From positions 1,605 through 65,604 of the forward strand of contig CAZQBV010000003.1 in the NCBI GenBank assembly GCA_964592125.1: a stretch of DNA of 64,000 bases, given 5' to 3'. Shown in pieces: positions 35,176-46,001 of this stretch (positions within the stretch are counted from its first letter, which is position 1; each line of letters starts with the position of its first letter). A program made the translations under genes and the position numbers. Under the pieces are notes generated by a model. It made no database searches. It saw nothing but the letters and a program-made list of their open reading frames with translations, and was not told the DNA's origin. This stretch comes from an uncultured Christensenella sp. (GTDB lineage Bacteria > Bacillota > Clostridia > Christensenellales > Christensenellaceae).

Positions 35176-37257
35176 GTGGGTGAAAACGAATCCATGCTCG
35201 AAATATATGTCCTTGAGAACAGTCAACTGCTAGAGCAACTGGAAGAGCTGTTTTTAGGTAGTGAACAAAATGCAACAATGGAGCAGGGGCAAATTGATGA
35301 AACTTTTCGTGTGATGCACACGATTAAAGGTTCCTCTGCGATGATGGGCTTTGATGCAATTACTGCTTTGGCTCATGCTGTGGAGGATTTGTTTTCAAAA
35401 ATTCGTGAGCAGCTGCCGCCGGAGGCGGAGTGGGCTCAGATTTTCGATGTCGTTTTGCGTGCAATAGACTTTTTCAAAGGCGAAATGGAAAAGATTGAGT
35501 CGGGCATTACGCCTGATGGACATGCAGAGGAAATGTGCACAGAATTAAGGACGATTTTAAAGCGCCTAAAAAACGAAGATGCATCGGAATTGCCAGCAGC
35601 TGATGTGCAAGGACAAACTGCAGTTGATGCTGTGGGGGAAGCTGATACTGAAGATGAAGGTATTGATATCTCCCCGGAAATGTTTGAAAAACTAAGCCCG
35701 GAAGAGGGCGACCAGTATTACCGTCTAAAATTGTTTTTTGAAGATGGTTGCCAGATGGAAACAGTGCGTACATTTGGCGTGGTGATGTCTTTGGAGGATC
35801 TTTACAGCAGCAAAGTATCGGTTCCTGAAGATTTGAATGAAAATAAAGATGAAACCATTATCAATGATGGTTTCTTGATGTTGTTTACAGCAAAACCAGA
35901 GAACATTGAATTTATAAGGCAAAAGCTTTTTGAAACGATGTTTTTACAGAGTGTAGAGTTGAGTGAAGTGGAATTACCGGTGCCGCAACCAGTAAAGGAT
36001 CAGCAAACTAGTCCGTTGGCTGGTTCTACAGCTGTTACACAGGCTAAAAAAGCATCTCAAGGCTTGCCTGCAAAAGATGACAAACACGCGAAACAGAGTT
36101 TTATCAGTGTAAATGTGAATAAAATTGATAAACTGATGAATTTGGTGGGAGAAATTGTTACTACGGAGTCTATGGTAACGAAAAATCCCGATATAGAAGA
36201 CCTGCATTTGGAGAATTTTGACAAGCAAGCAAGGCAGCTGAGAAAACTGACCGATGAGTTGCAGGATATTGTTATGTCTATACGAATGGTTCCAATTGCT
36301 GCTACCTTCCACAAGATGAAACGTATTGTGCGCGATATTAACAAGAAGACAAATAAAAATGCCGATCTTGTTATTATTGGTGAAGAAACAGAAGTGGATA
36401 AGAATGTGATAGATGCACTTTCAGATCCTTTGTTGCATTTGATTAGAAATGCAATGGATCATGGAATGGAAACTCCCGAGGAGCGCTTGGCAGCAGGAAA
36501 GCCTGAAAAAGGGACGGTAACCCTAGAAGCGTTGAACTCTGGTGGAGATGTTGTAGTGCGTGTGAAAGATGATGGGCGTGGATACAACAGAGCAAAAATA
36601 TATGAAAAAGCTGTAGAACGTGGCTTAACAACAAAAGCAGAAAATGAAATTTCGGATTCGGAAGTATATGGCTTCACTTTGATGGCCGGATTTTCCACAA
36701 ATGATGTGGTTTCGGAATATTCAGGCCGTGGCGTGGGTATGGACGTGGTACGCACCAATATTGACAACATTGGTGGAAGCATAGTAATTGAAAGTGAACC
36801 TGGTACTGGCTCTACCATAACAATGCATATACCGCTGACTCTTGCAATATTAAATGGCATGAAAATCACCGTAGGTGAATCGCTTTATATTGTGCCCATT
36901 TTATCAATTAGAGAATCGTTGGAACCTAAATTGCATAAGATTATTATAGATCCAAATGGCAATGAGATGATAATGATACGGGGAGAGTGCTACCCTATTA
37001 TTCGGTTACATCAGTTCTTTAATGTAAAACAATCTGCAGAGAATTTTAATGATGGAATTATGATATTGGTTGAAACAGAAGTAGGTGCCGCATGCTTATT
37101 TGCAGACAAGCTGTTGGGAGAGCAACAAGTAGTTATTAAGCCAATGCCTTTGTATATTTCTAGGACATTTGGTAGAATTAAGGGAATTGCTGGTTGCAGC
37201 GTGATGGGTGATGGTGGCATTGCACTCATTTTAGATATTAATAGGATATTGACTTAG
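35176..37257 (+). CDS. cheA: chemotaxis histidine kinase CheA
   Basis: HPt motif is HTIKGSSAMMGF. Kinase boxes are HLIRNAMDHG, DDGRG and GRGVGMDVV. A CheW-like domain lies at the C-terminus. GTG start. Confidence 0.95.
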   Translation: MGENESMLEIYVLENSQLLEQLEELFLGSEQNATMEQGQIDETFRVMHTIKGSSAMMGFDAITALAHAVEDLFSKIREQLPPEAEWAQIFDVVLRAIDFFKGEMEKIESGITPDGHAEEMCTELRTILKRLKNEDASELPAADVQGQTAVDAVGEADTEDEGIDISPEMFEKLSPEEGDQYYRLKLFFEDGCQMETVRTFGVVMSLEDLYSSKVSVPEDLNENKDETIINDGFLMLFTAKPENIEFIRQKLFETMFLQSVELSEVELPVPQPVKDQQTSPLAGSTAVTQAKKASQGLPAKDDKHAKQSFISVNVNKIDKLMNLVGEIVTTESMVTKNPDIEDLHLENFDKQARQLRKLTDELQDIVMSIRMVPIAATFHKMKRIVRDINKKTNKNADLVIIGEETEVDKNVIDALSDPLLHLIRNAMDHGMETPEERLAAGKPEKGTVTLEALNSGGDVVVRVKDDGRGYNRAKIYEKAVERGLTTKAENEISDSEVYGFTLMAGFSTNDVVSEYSGRGVGMDVVRTNIDNIGGSIVIESEPGTGSTITMHIPLTLAILNGMKITVGESLYIVPILSIRESLEPKLHKIIIDPNGNEMIMIRGECYPIIRLHQFFNVKQSAENFNDGIMILVETEVGAACLFADKLLGEQQVVIKPMPLYISRTFGRIKGIAGCSVMGDGGIALILDINRILT

Positions 37258-37493
37258 TTGTTATGTGAAAGTAGCATTGCAAAATAAGCATGACGCTTTG
37301 CTAAAACACAGGAACTGATTGGTTTAGTTAGGACTAAAATATATTACATTTTATTCTATGTGTGTTTTGGCTGGCTTTTGCATGGTATCTTCGATAAACA
37401 TAAAGAATGATTATGCATGAAGATACAGCTAACATGTATGAAGAAGCGCGATGGGGTTGTTGTGTCAGTGTGCAATTTGTATGCTGAGAATGA

Positions 37494-39173
37494 TTGGGTA
37501 TAAGGAGGCATATTCTTCTGAATAATTTTGCAGAGTTTTTTAAAAAGATTGGTTTATCTTGGCAAAAAACAAACAGATCACAAAAAATAATAGTTATTGC
37601 GGTTATTGTATTAACAATTATTCTGATAGGTGTAGTGGTTACTGTCTCTGGTCAGACTACTTATACTGTTTTGTATAGCGGATTGAGTGCTGCTGATTCC
37701 GGTGCTATTTATCAAGCCTTGCAAGAGATGCAGGTGGATGTGCAGGCGCCTACAAGTGGTACTATTATGGTGCCCGCAGATCAGGCGGAATCCATACGCA
37801 ATCAATTGTTTGCGCGGGGGCTGCCAGCTTCGGCAATGGGTGGGGCAGCCGGTGGTATCAACTATGGTGACTTCTATATAGAAAATGGAATGGCGTTTAA
37901 TGCTACCGACAGCGACAAGCAGATGATTAACAAGATTCAGATGCAATATAACCTGTCGCAAATGATCAATCAATCGGACAAGATAGAAAGCAGCATGGTT
38001 CTGCTGAATGTGGCGCCCACCACACAGTTTGCATTAGATACAAATGAAAGTTCATCCAGCGCCACTGTTATGGTGCGGTTGAAACCGGGCGCTACCTTTA
38101 CGGATGAAGATGCCATTGCGATTAAAAAGATGGTGGCAGCCACTGTGCCTGACTTAAAGGAAGAAGATGTTGTAGTAACGGATCAATCCTTGCGTGTTTT
38201 TGGGGGGAATGGTATGCAAAGCAGCGGTACGGGCGCTGTTGCAAACCAAATGCAAATTGAGCAGGAAGCATCTGCCAGACTAAGCAATCAGCTAATGAGT
38301 TTATTTGCCCCGGTATTTGGTGCGGAAAATATTGCGCCAAGCGTGCACTTGAAACTAGATTTTGATAATAGGACAACTGAATCTATTACTTTGGAACCGC
38401 CTACAGAGGTTGGTGCGGATGAAAACAGGGGTATTGCTACCAGCATGAAGTCGATGGTGGAGCATATTGCAAATGGGGATACGGCGCAAGGGCAACCGGG
38501 ATTGGATACCAATGGTGGCGCACCCACATACCAAGAAGTGGTAGATAATATAAACAATACCGATTACTACAAAGTGACAGAAGAATTTAACTTTGAAGTA
38601 AATGAAGTAAAAGAATTAATTGAAGCGGCGCAGGGCGGTATTGTGGAAGCATCGGCCACTATTATGATAAATGGTGGAGATGAAGTACAGGCTGCAATTG
38701 AGGATGTAAGAACAGCAGCTTCTACAGCAATTGGCATTCCTGCGGAGAATATTACGGTTTTGGCTATGCCTTTTGTGGAAAACACGACAATGCAACAACA
38801 ATTAGATGATCAAGCGGCAGCAGTTGCAGAATTGCAACGTAACCAGATGATTAAAACAATTGTACCATATGTTGTGGTTGCAGGCGTCATTATATTAATA
38901 GCGCTATTGCTGTTAAACGCATTTAAGAAAAAGAAAGAAATGGAACTGGAGGCGCAGCGCTTGCAGTGGATGCAGGAGCAGGCTGAGAGGGAAGCGATGA
39001 TGAGGCAGTCTGGCATGGTTGATGTGGTTGCGGGCGAAGATATTGACCTAGATGCTATTATGGAAGAAGAAAAGAACAGCACTTTAGGGCAGTTGCAGGC
39101 TCTTGTACAAAAAAACCCAGATGGAATTGCTCAAATATTGCGCAATTGGCTTATGGATGACTACAGGAGGTAG
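37494..39173 (+). CDS. fliF: flagellar M-ring protein FliF
   Basis: 559 aa with N- and C-terminal TM helices. Position upstream of fliG. The exact non-ATG start near AAGGAGG (37502-37508) is uncertain. Confidence 0.9.
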   Translation: MGIRRHILLNNFAEFFKKIGLSWQKTNRSQKIIVIAVIVLTIILIGVVVTVSGQTTYTVLYSGLSAADSGAIYQALQEMQVDVQAPTSGTIMVPADQAESIRNQLFARGLPASAMGGAAGGINYGDFYIENGMAFNATDSDKQMINKIQMQYNLSQMINQSDKIESSMVLLNVAPTTQFALDTNESSSSATVMVRLKPGATFTDEDAIAIKKMVAATVPDLKEEDVVVTDQSLRVFGGNGMQSSGTGAVANQMQIEQEASARLSNQLMSLFAPVFGAENIAPSVHLKLDFDNRTTESITLEPPTEVGADENRGIATSMKSMVEHIANGDTAQGQPGLDTNGGAPTYQEVVDNINNTDYYKVTEEFNFEVNEVKELIEAAQGGIVEASATIMINGGDEVQAAIEDVRTAASTAIGIPAENITVLAMPFVENTTMQQQLDDQAAAVAELQRNQMIKTIVPYVVVAGVIILIALLLLNAFKKKKEMELEAQRLQWMQEQAEREAMMRQSGMVDVVAGEDIDLDAIMEEEKNSTLGQLQALVQKNPDGIAQILRNWLMDDYRR

Positions 39174-39178
39174 GGAAC

Positions 39179-40189
39179 TTGTCAGAATTGTCACCAAAAG
39201 AAAAAGCCGCGGTTTTGATGGTTGCGCTGGGAAAAGACAGCTCGGCGGAAATATATAGGCACTTGTCTGAAGAGGAAATTGAACAGCTTACTTTGGGAAT
39301 TACCTCTTTGGATGCCTTTGATAAAGAATTACGCGATAGTGTTCTGGAAGAGTTTTACGAAATATGTTTGGCGCAAAACTATATTTCCGAGGGCGGTATT
39401 GACTACGCGCGGGATATACTGATGGATGCTGTAGGCGCAGAAAAGGCAGATGAGCTAATAAGAAAGCTGTCGGCCTCTTTGCAGGTACGCCCATTTGATT
39501 TTGTGAGGCGTGCAGATTCTACACAGCTGGGGAATTTTATACAGAATGAACATCCGCAAACGATGGCGTTGATTCTCTCTTATATGGATCCGGCGAAGTC
39601 GGCGGATATGTTGTCGCGGTTGCCAGAAGATATACAGCCCCAAGTGGTGCAGCGCATAGCCAATATGAATTCTGTTTCTTTGGAATATATAAAAGAGGCG
39701 GAGCGCATATTAGAACACAAGCTTTCCAGTATTGGACAAGAAGAGAATGCCTCTGTGGGCGGCGTGGATACGATTGTTGAAATGTTGAATGCAATAGATC
39801 GCAGCACAGAAAAAAATATTATGGAAAAAATTGAAATTGATGACCCAGCATTGGCAGATGAGATACGCAGAAAGATGTTTGTATTTGAAGATATAGTGAA
39901 ACTGACAGATCAAGCGGTGCAGCGTGTACTTCGTGAGGTGGACAATGACGTTCTAACCATGGCACTGAAGGGCACCAGCGAAGAGGATGCCATTGCGCAG
40001 AAGATATATGCCAATATCTCTACTCGTTTACGTGAAACGATTGTGGAGAATATGGAATATATGGGACCGGTTCGCGTGCGTGATGTAGAAGAAGCGCAGC
40101 AGAAATTTGTAAATGTAATTCGCAAATTGGAAGACGATGGCGAGATAGAGATAGCAAGAGGGGGAGAGGATGATGCCCTCATTGTTTAG
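39179..40189 (+). CDS. fliG: flagellar motor switch protein FliG
   Basis: KAAVLMVALG at the N-terminus and a MFVFEDIV motif. Confidence 0.95.
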   Translation: MSELSPKEKAAVLMVALGKDSSAEIYRHLSEEEIEQLTLGITSLDAFDKELRDSVLEEFYEICLAQNYISEGGIDYARDILMDAVGAEKADELIRKLSASLQVRPFDFVRRADSTQLGNFIQNEHPQTMALILSYMDPAKSADMLSRLPEDIQPQVVQRIANMNSVSLEYIKEAERILEHKLSSIGQEENASVGGVDTIVEMLNAIDRSTEKNIMEKIEIDDPALADEIRRKMFVFEDIVKLTDQAVQRVLREVDNDVLTMALKGTSEEDAIAQKIYANISTRLRETIVENMEYMGPVRVRDVEEAQQKFVNVIRKLEDDGEIEIARGGEDDALIV

Positions 40190-40940
40190 AATTGATAGAA
40201 ATTCGCTTACCGCGGATAGCCTAGACCCGGCAAGCGTGGTGCAACTGCCGGGCTTTGAAGAGCTGATAGAGCAAAACAGCCCTGAACCGGAAGATGCTCA
40301 GATATTTGACAATGAAACAGAGCAAGAAACAGAAATTGATATAAAGCAAGAGCAACTGGAGCAATTGAACCGACAGATAGCAGAGGCGCAAGCACGGGCA
40401 AGTGAAATAATTGAACAGGCCAATGCAGAAGCGCAACGTTTGACAGAAGATGCGATAAGAAAAGGATATGAGGAGGGGTACAATCAAGCAATGGCTTCTG
40501 CCCGGCAGGAGCAAGAAAATGCAAAGAGACAGATGGAAGATGCGGTAATGGCTTTGAAACAGGCAAAAGAAGAAGTTTTTTCGCAGGTGGAAGAAAGCGT
40601 ATTGGATCTTTCGCTTTATGTGGCGGAACGTATTATAAAAATACAGCTGGATCATGGAGATGAGGCATTTCTGAATATTGTACGAAGCACCTTATCTTCA
40701 GTGCAAAACCAAAGTAATCTAGTAGTGAACGTAAGTAAATTGGAATATGAACAAATATTTGCGGATCAAAGCAGCGAAATAGCAACGGAACTGAAAAGTT
40801 CTGGTGTGGAGATAAAGCAGGACTTATCACTAAAACGTGGAGACTGCGTAATAGAGACAGAATATGGGAACATCAATGCGGGGATAAAAACGCAGCTGAA
40901 GCGACTTGGAAATGCTTTGGAAGAAAGCCGAACGGAGTAG
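40170..40940 (+). CDS. fliH: flagellar assembly protein FliH
   Basis: E/A/Q-rich coiled coil followed by a C-terminal globular part. Lies between fliG and fliI. Confidence 0.75.
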   Translation: MMPSLFRIDRNSLTADSLDPASVVQLPGFEELIEQNSPEPEDAQIFDNETEQETEIDIKQEQLEQLNRQIAEAQARASEIIEQANAEAQRLTEDAIRKGYEEGYNQAMASARQEQENAKRQMEDAVMALKQAKEEVFSQVEESVLDLSLYVAERIIKIQLDHGDEAFLNIVRSTLSSVQNQSNLVVNVSKLEYEQIFADQSSEIATELKSSGVEIKQDLSLKRGDCVIETEYGNINAGIKTQLKRLGNALEESRTE

Positions 40941-40946
40941 GCAATT

Positions 40947-42269
40947 ATGTTGGAAGACAGAATAGCGCGGTTTAAAGATATTATTTCCAAAGCGGACTCG
41001 GTTGAAATGAGCGGAATGGTTTCCAAAGTGGTTGGCATTACAGTGGAATCAACCGGCCCTATGGTAAAAATGGGTGACATATGCAAAATATATCCTTATT
41101 CAGGGAATGAAGCCATATTGTCCGAAGTGGTGGGGTTTAAAGACAGAAAAGTGCTGCTGATGCCATTTGGAGATGTAACGGGAATAGGAACCGGGAACAA
41201 AGTGGTTGCTACAGGGGAGGAATTCCGTGTGGCGGTAGGAGATTGCCTAAAGGGACGCATTTTAGATGCATTGGGGAGGCCTATGGATAGCCTAGGCCCC
41301 TTGGAAACTGAAACCACATATCCAATAGAGAGCTACCCTCCCAATCCTTTGGAAAGGGTTAGAATAAAAGAAGCGTTGCCAGTGGGGGTACGTGCCATAG
41401 ATGGTTTGCTTACAATGGGAAAAGGCCAAAGAATTGGTGTTTTTTCAGGCAGCGGCGTGGGTAAAAGTACATTGATGGGCATGATAGCCAGAAACTCTAG
41501 TGCCGATATAAACGTGATTACCCTAGTGGGTGAGCGTGGCAGAGAAGTGCTGGATTTTGTGGAAAAAGATTTGAAAGAAGAGGGACTGGCAAAGTCGGTA
41601 TTGGTGGTGGCCACTTCGGATCAACCAGCGTTGCTAAGGCTGAAATCGGCTATGGTGGGCACGGCGATAGCAGAATATTTTAGGGATCAGGGAAACAATG
41701 TGATGTTGATGATGGACTCTTTGACCCGTTTTGCTATGGCGCAGCGTGAAATAGGTATGACCGTGGGCGAACCGCCGGTATCTCGTGGATTTCCGCCTTC
41801 TGTGTATGCCATGTTGCCCAAGCTTCTGGAACGATCGGGCACATCTAAGAAGGGTAGCATTACTGGTATCTATACAGTGCTAGTAGAAGGGGATGATATG
41901 AACGAACCGATCTCTGACACTGTACGGGGTATATTGGATGGACACTTTGTGCTTTCTAGGAAATTGGCTAACAACAACCAATACCCAGCAATAGATGTGC
42001 TGGCCAGTGTGAGCCGTTTAATGGTAGACATTGTGACCCCCGAGCATTGGGAAATGGCGGGCTCTATAAAAAATATGATGACTTCATATAATGATGTGTT
42101 GGATTTGATAAGCATTGGTGCATACAAAGAGGGAACAAACCCGCAAGTAGATAGAGCAATAAAATTGCATGACCCTATACTGGGATTTTTGAAACAAACG
42201 ATAGGCGAAGATGTAACGTTTGATCAGGTAATTGAGCAAATGAAGGAAATAACAGGTACGGAAGGATAG
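40947..42269 (+). CDS. fliI: flagellum-specific ATPase FliI
   Basis: Walker A is GSGVGKST. Walker B is VMLMMDSLTRFA. Confidence 0.95.
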   Translation: MLEDRIARFKDIISKADSVEMSGMVSKVVGITVESTGPMVKMGDICKIYPYSGNEAILSEVVGFKDRKVLLMPFGDVTGIGTGNKVVATGEEFRVAVGDCLKGRILDALGRPMDSLGPLETETTYPIESYPPNPLERVRIKEALPVGVRAIDGLLTMGKGQRIGVFSGSGVGKSTLMGMIARNSSADINVITLVGERGREVLDFVEKDLKEEGLAKSVLVVATSDQPALLRLKSAMVGTAIAEYFRDQGNNVMLMMDSLTRFAMAQREIGMTVGEPPVSRGFPPSVYAMLPKLLERSGTSKKGSITGIYTVLVEGDDMNEPISDTVRGILDGHFVLSRKLANNNQYPAIDVLASVSRLMVDIVTPEHWEMAGSIKNMMTSYNDVLDLISIGAYKEGTNPQVDRAIKLHDPILGFLKQTIGEDVTFDQVIEQMKEITGTEG

Positions 42270-42282
42270 GAATTATCTGGAA

Positions 42283-42714
42283 ATGAAAAAGTTTGTTTTT
42301 TCCTTACAAAGGTTGTATGATGTAAAAGAATCTGAAGAGGAACAGAAGCGTATTGAGCTGAAAGAGCTGGATAAGAAGTTGGATGGGTTGAGGCTGCGGT
42401 TGCAGGACACCATTGACAATTTTAACGGACAGAAAGCAAAATATACAGTAAAATGCAAAAAAGGGATTCATGCATTTGATTTAAAAAATTACGGAGATTA
42501 TTTTCAGTATCTGATAGGAGAGATAGATGCCATACACAATCTGATTATGAATTGTGAAGCTGAAATTGTGGCTTGCCGGCAAGAACTTTTAAAACTAATG
42601 AATGAGCAGAAAGTTTTGGATCGTATGCGGGAAGAGCAATTGCAACAGTACAATGCAGAGATTGCGAAGTTTAATGAAAAAGAGATAGAAGACTTCATGC
42701 AAGGCAAGCTATAA
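42283..42714 (+). CDS. fliJ: flagellar export chaperone/stalk protein FliJ
   Basis: 143-aa coiled coil following fliI. Confidence 0.75.
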   Translation: MKKFVFSLQRLYDVKESEEEQKRIELKELDKKLDGLRLRLQDTIDNFNGQKAKYTVKCKKGIHAFDLKNYGDYFQYLIGEIDAIHNLIMNCEAEIVACRQELLKLMNEQKVLDRMREEQLQQYNAEIAKFNEKEIEDFMQGKL

Positions 42715-42734
42715 TTGTTTTGCAGCTGATATAG

Positions 42735-43640
42735 ATGGGAGAGAAAGAGTTGGCAGATAATAACGAGAGCCAGGCTCTGCAACGGGACGCAGAAACAACT
42801 GAAACGGCGGAAACAAACTCTGGCACACCAGAAGAAACTGGTGCAAAAAAGGGAATATTTGCTTCGAAAAAACCCAAGAAGGAAAAGCCGCCCAAGGTAA
42901 AAAAAGAAAAGCCGCCCAAGGTGAAAAAAGAAAAGCCTCCTAAAGTAAAAAAGGCTAAGCCACCAAAGCCAGCAAAACCGCCTAAGCCACCTAAGCCAAA
43001 GAAGGAGAAAGCGCCAAAGGTGAAGAAAGAGAAAAAGACAAAAGAGACGAAAGAGCCAAAAGAGACGAAAGAGCGTGGAACAGGCAAAAGTAAGCGCGGC
43101 TTGATTGGTGCTTTGGTTATTATTATAGTAATTGGTGCTGCAGTAGGCATATATTATTTCAATTTGTTTGGAGTGAAAGATACGGTGGTTCGTTTTTTCA
43201 TTTCTCAGGACAGTCAATTTCAAGAAGCGATAGACGCCAAACAATCCTATATAGACAAGGAAGAGGGGCTGAACACGCGGCAACTGGAAATGGCTGAAAA
43301 AGAAAAGAAATTGATGGAAAAGGAGACACAACTTAAAACAAAAGAGGAGCAGTTACGTGAGAGTGAGAAGCAGGCAGCAAGCAACAATGCTTCAACGGGA
43401 GGAGCGTCTTCTACAGCAGCGGGAAGTGTGGATAAAAATCAAACGCCTCAGATTGTACAAGTGTATGAATCTATGAAGGTGGATGCGGCGGCAAGCATAA
43501 TGAATGCAACTACAGACAACACATGGATTGCAGATATATTACGTCAAATGAATCAAAGACGAGCCGCGCAAATTATTGCTGCGCTGGATGTAGATAAGGC
43601 AGTTGTTGTTACAAGACTGATATCTGAAATGGATTCTTAA
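42735..43640 (+). CDS. YlxF/MotE-like protein (MgtE-N-like C-terminal domain) with a Lys/Pro-rich repeat tail
   Basis: Contains a TM helix (LIGALVIIIVIGAAVGIYYF) and a coiled coil. The C-terminus is VYESMKVDAAASIM...RRAAQIIAALDVDKAVVVTRLI. Position after fliJ, as for B. subtilis ylxF. Confidence 0.65.
   Translation: MGEKELADNNESQALQRDAETTETAETNSGTPEETGAKKGIFASKKPKKEKPPKVKKEKPPKVKKEKPPKVKKAKPPKPAKPPKPPKPKKEKAPKVKKEKKTKETKEPKETKERGTGKSKRGLIGALVIIIVIGAAVGIYYFNLFGVKDTVVRFFISQDSQFQEAIDAKQSYIDKEEGLNTRQLEMAEKEKKLMEKETQLKTKEEQLRESEKQAASNNASTGGASSTAAGSVDKNQTPQIVQVYESMKVDAAASIMNATTDNTWIADILRQMNQRRAAQIIAALDVDKAVVVTRLISEMDS
42876..43071 (+). repeat. 24-bp in-frame tandem repeat (3 good copies) degenerating into a K/P/E-rich tract
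   Basis: KKEKPPKV x3, then KKAKPPKPAKPPKPPKPKKEKAPKVKKEKKTKETKEPKETKE. Confidence 0.85.
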
Positions 43641-43711
43641 AAAGATCGTAATGTTAATATTGTTTTTACCGATATATATAAATGGGTATAAAATAGAGAG
43701 GAGGTGAAAGA

Positions 43712-45142
43712 GTGGTAGTTACAAAAAATATTTTGGAGATTGCGCCCGCGCAGCCAGTAAAGCAAAGAGACCCTGCCAGAAGCAATGGTGACTTTATGAA
43801 GCAGCTGGATCAAGCAGCAAGATATAGAGCTGATAGCAAGCAGGATAGGCCAGAGCGAGCAAATGCTATCCAAGAGAAGAGCGATGACAACAAGTGTTGT
43901 GAAAAAAAGGTTGCTGATTCCCCAAAAGAGGAAGCAAAAAGCGAAACACCTGTAGCAGAAGAGTTGCAAAAAACGCCTGAGACAGAAATGGTAGAAGAGC
44001 CTTTGGAAGAGAAAAAAGACCAACCCGAGGTATTTGCTGCAATTCCAATGATTATGGCAAATGAAATTGCAGACGTTTTTGTTGTGGAACAACAGTCTGC
44101 TGTGATTGATGTAGCCACTGGTATCAGCATTGAGCCTATTAACGAACTGAACTTAGAGGTAAATATGCCCGTGGTGGATGCCCAGCAGCCAGTGAAAACA
44201 GAGGTAGCGTCATTTGTTGAACTGATGCATGAAAATGCACAGACGGTACTTCAGAATGAAAATGGACAGATTGCATCGGCTGCCAAGGAAGTATTGGAAC
44301 AACCTGTAAACATATTGACAGATGCAGATACAATGGATACGGAACCGGACGTGCAACAGCAAAAGGCCGGAACGAAGACAGTGGCGGTGGAGCAAGCGGC
44401 ACAGCCGGAAACAATGCAGTTTGTAAAACAGGTTGTGCAGGAAATGGACGCTAAGTTAAAACAAGAAGTAGACACTACACCCAAAGCAATGCCAAGCACA
44501 ACAAATGTTGAACTGGAAACTGCTGTGGAAAAACCTGCTATGATGCAGGGAAATGACGATTCCGACAATGCGGCGACCAAGCAAAAGGAGATACCTGTAT
44601 TGCAGCACCCCCTAACAGCGCCAATTGCGCAAGATGGCAAGGTGGATTTTAAAATGAGTATGCAGGAACTTCAGCCGCAGGAACAGCAGCTATTGAAACA
44701 AAATGTGCAGACGCAAATTATTGACCAAGTAAGAAGCCTGGTAACGCAGGAGAAGACAGAGTTTTACCTGCAACTGAAGCCGGAACACTTGGGTGGACTT
44801 TCCATTATGCTGGCAGCGGGCGAAAAAGGCCTTGTGGCCAAATTGATGACAGCAAGCAAGGATGTTCACATGATGTTGCAAAATGATATGACACAAATTC
44901 AGGAAAGCTTGAAAGAGCGTGGTATCACAATTGTTCAAATGGAAGTGGTTTACGATCAAATGGCCAGTACAACTGGCAAACAAAATACAAATGATGGACA
45001 GGGCTGGGAAGCAAATGGTTCCCCCGGTAGTCAAGGAAGAGTACTGGAAGATATAATCGAGGGAGGATCCCTCACATATGACGAACTGTCTAATTATGAT
45101 ATACTTGCAGAGCAAGGAGGTTCTGTGGAATTTAGTGCATAG
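43712..45142 (+). CDS. fliK: flagellar hook-length control protein FliK
   Basis: Long Q/E/P-rich ruler region followed by C-terminal EFYLQLKPEHLGGLSIMLAAGEKGLVAKLMTASKDV (Flg_hook-type). GTG start after GAGAGGAGGTG. Confidence 0.85.
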   Translation: MVVTKNILEIAPAQPVKQRDPARSNGDFMKQLDQAARYRADSKQDRPERANAIQEKSDDNKCCEKKVADSPKEEAKSETPVAEELQKTPETEMVEEPLEEKKDQPEVFAAIPMIMANEIADVFVVEQQSAVIDVATGISIEPINELNLEVNMPVVDAQQPVKTEVASFVELMHENAQTVLQNENGQIASAAKEVLEQPVNILTDADTMDTEPDVQQQKAGTKTVAVEQAAQPETMQFVKQVVQEMDAKLKQEVDTTPKAMPSTTNVELETAVEKPAMMQGNDDSDNAATKQKEIPVLQHPLTAPIAQDGKVDFKMSMQELQPQEQQLLKQNVQTQIIDQVRSLVTQEKTEFYLQLKPEHLGGLSIMLAAGEKGLVAKLMTASKDVHMMLQNDMTQIQESLKERGITIVQMEVVYDQMASTTGKQNTNDGQGWEANGSPGSQGRVLEDIIEGGSLTYDELSNYDILAEQGGSVEFSA

Positions 45143-45172
45143 GTTGCATACAACTTAGAAAGGAAATTATTT

Positions 45173-45862
45173 ATGGCAACAATACCAACGCCGGTAACGG
45201 CAGGGACAACAGGCACGACGTCCACACAAAGCACAAACCGGGTTCCCAAACAGAATCTGGGGAAGAACGAGTTTCTACAAATATTGGCAGTACAGATGTC
45301 CAATCAGGATCCTTTGGAGCCTACGAGCGATACCGAATGGATTGCCCAAATGGCACAGTTTTCTTCATTGGAACAAATGCAGGAAATGAATGCTTCTGTT
45401 ACAAGCCAAAAAGCGCACTCCATGATTGGAAAATTTGTAGCTGCGGATGTGAAGGATGCAACTGGAGCAACGCAGAGTATACAGGGTCTTGTTTCTGGAG
45501 TTGTAAAATCTGGTGGAACAGATTACCTGATAGTAGGTGATTTTAAAGTGCCGATGGAATCGGTGAAGTATGTTTATGACAGTGGTATAGATCAACAAGC
45601 GCTGGTGGCACAAACAGCAAACTTGATTGGCAAAACAGTAACGGCAGAAGTGGCGACAAACGAAAAAGACGAGTCGGGCAACTATAAAACCGAGAAAATT
45701 ACGGGTGAAGTAGAATATGTTGTCATAGAAAATGGCATTATGTATGCCAAACTGAAAGACACGGCCGATATGAAGGGCAGAAAAATCATGATTTCGGATA
45801 TTATACAATTTGGAGCGACAAGCGCAAGTGGCAGTGAAGAGACTGTTGCTGGAGAGGGCTGA
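45173..45862 (+). CDS. flgD: flagellar hook capping/assembly protein FlgD
   Basis: NEFLQILAVQMSNQDPLEPTSDTEWIAQMAQFSSLEQM. Confidence 0.92.
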   Translation: MATIPTPVTAGTTGTTSTQSTNRVPKQNLGKNEFLQILAVQMSNQDPLEPTSDTEWIAQMAQFSSLEQMQEMNASVTSQKAHSMIGKFVAADVKDATGATQSIQGLVSGVVKSGGTDYLIVGDFKVPMESVKYVYDSGIDQQALVAQTANLIGKTVTAEVATNEKDESGNYKTEKITGEVEYVVIENGIMYAKLKDTADMKGRKIMISDIIQFGATSASGSEETVAGEG

Positions 45863-46001
45863 GATATCCGATGTGCTAATCTGAGTAAGAGAACTTTAAG
45901 GAGTAACCTTATTCAACATTATTGGCAATGATGGCTACTATAATAATGATTGAATACAATTAAAATTTATATATAATGGATAGTAGAGGAGGATCTTCAC
46001 T

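Noticed and set aside
42504-43331. 275-aa and 151-aa minus-strand ORFs opposite fliJ and the ylxF-like gene.
   Set aside because: They are artefacts of the purine-rich Lys/Glu/Pro repeat on the plus strand. The products are implausible low-complexity F/L/R-rich sequences.
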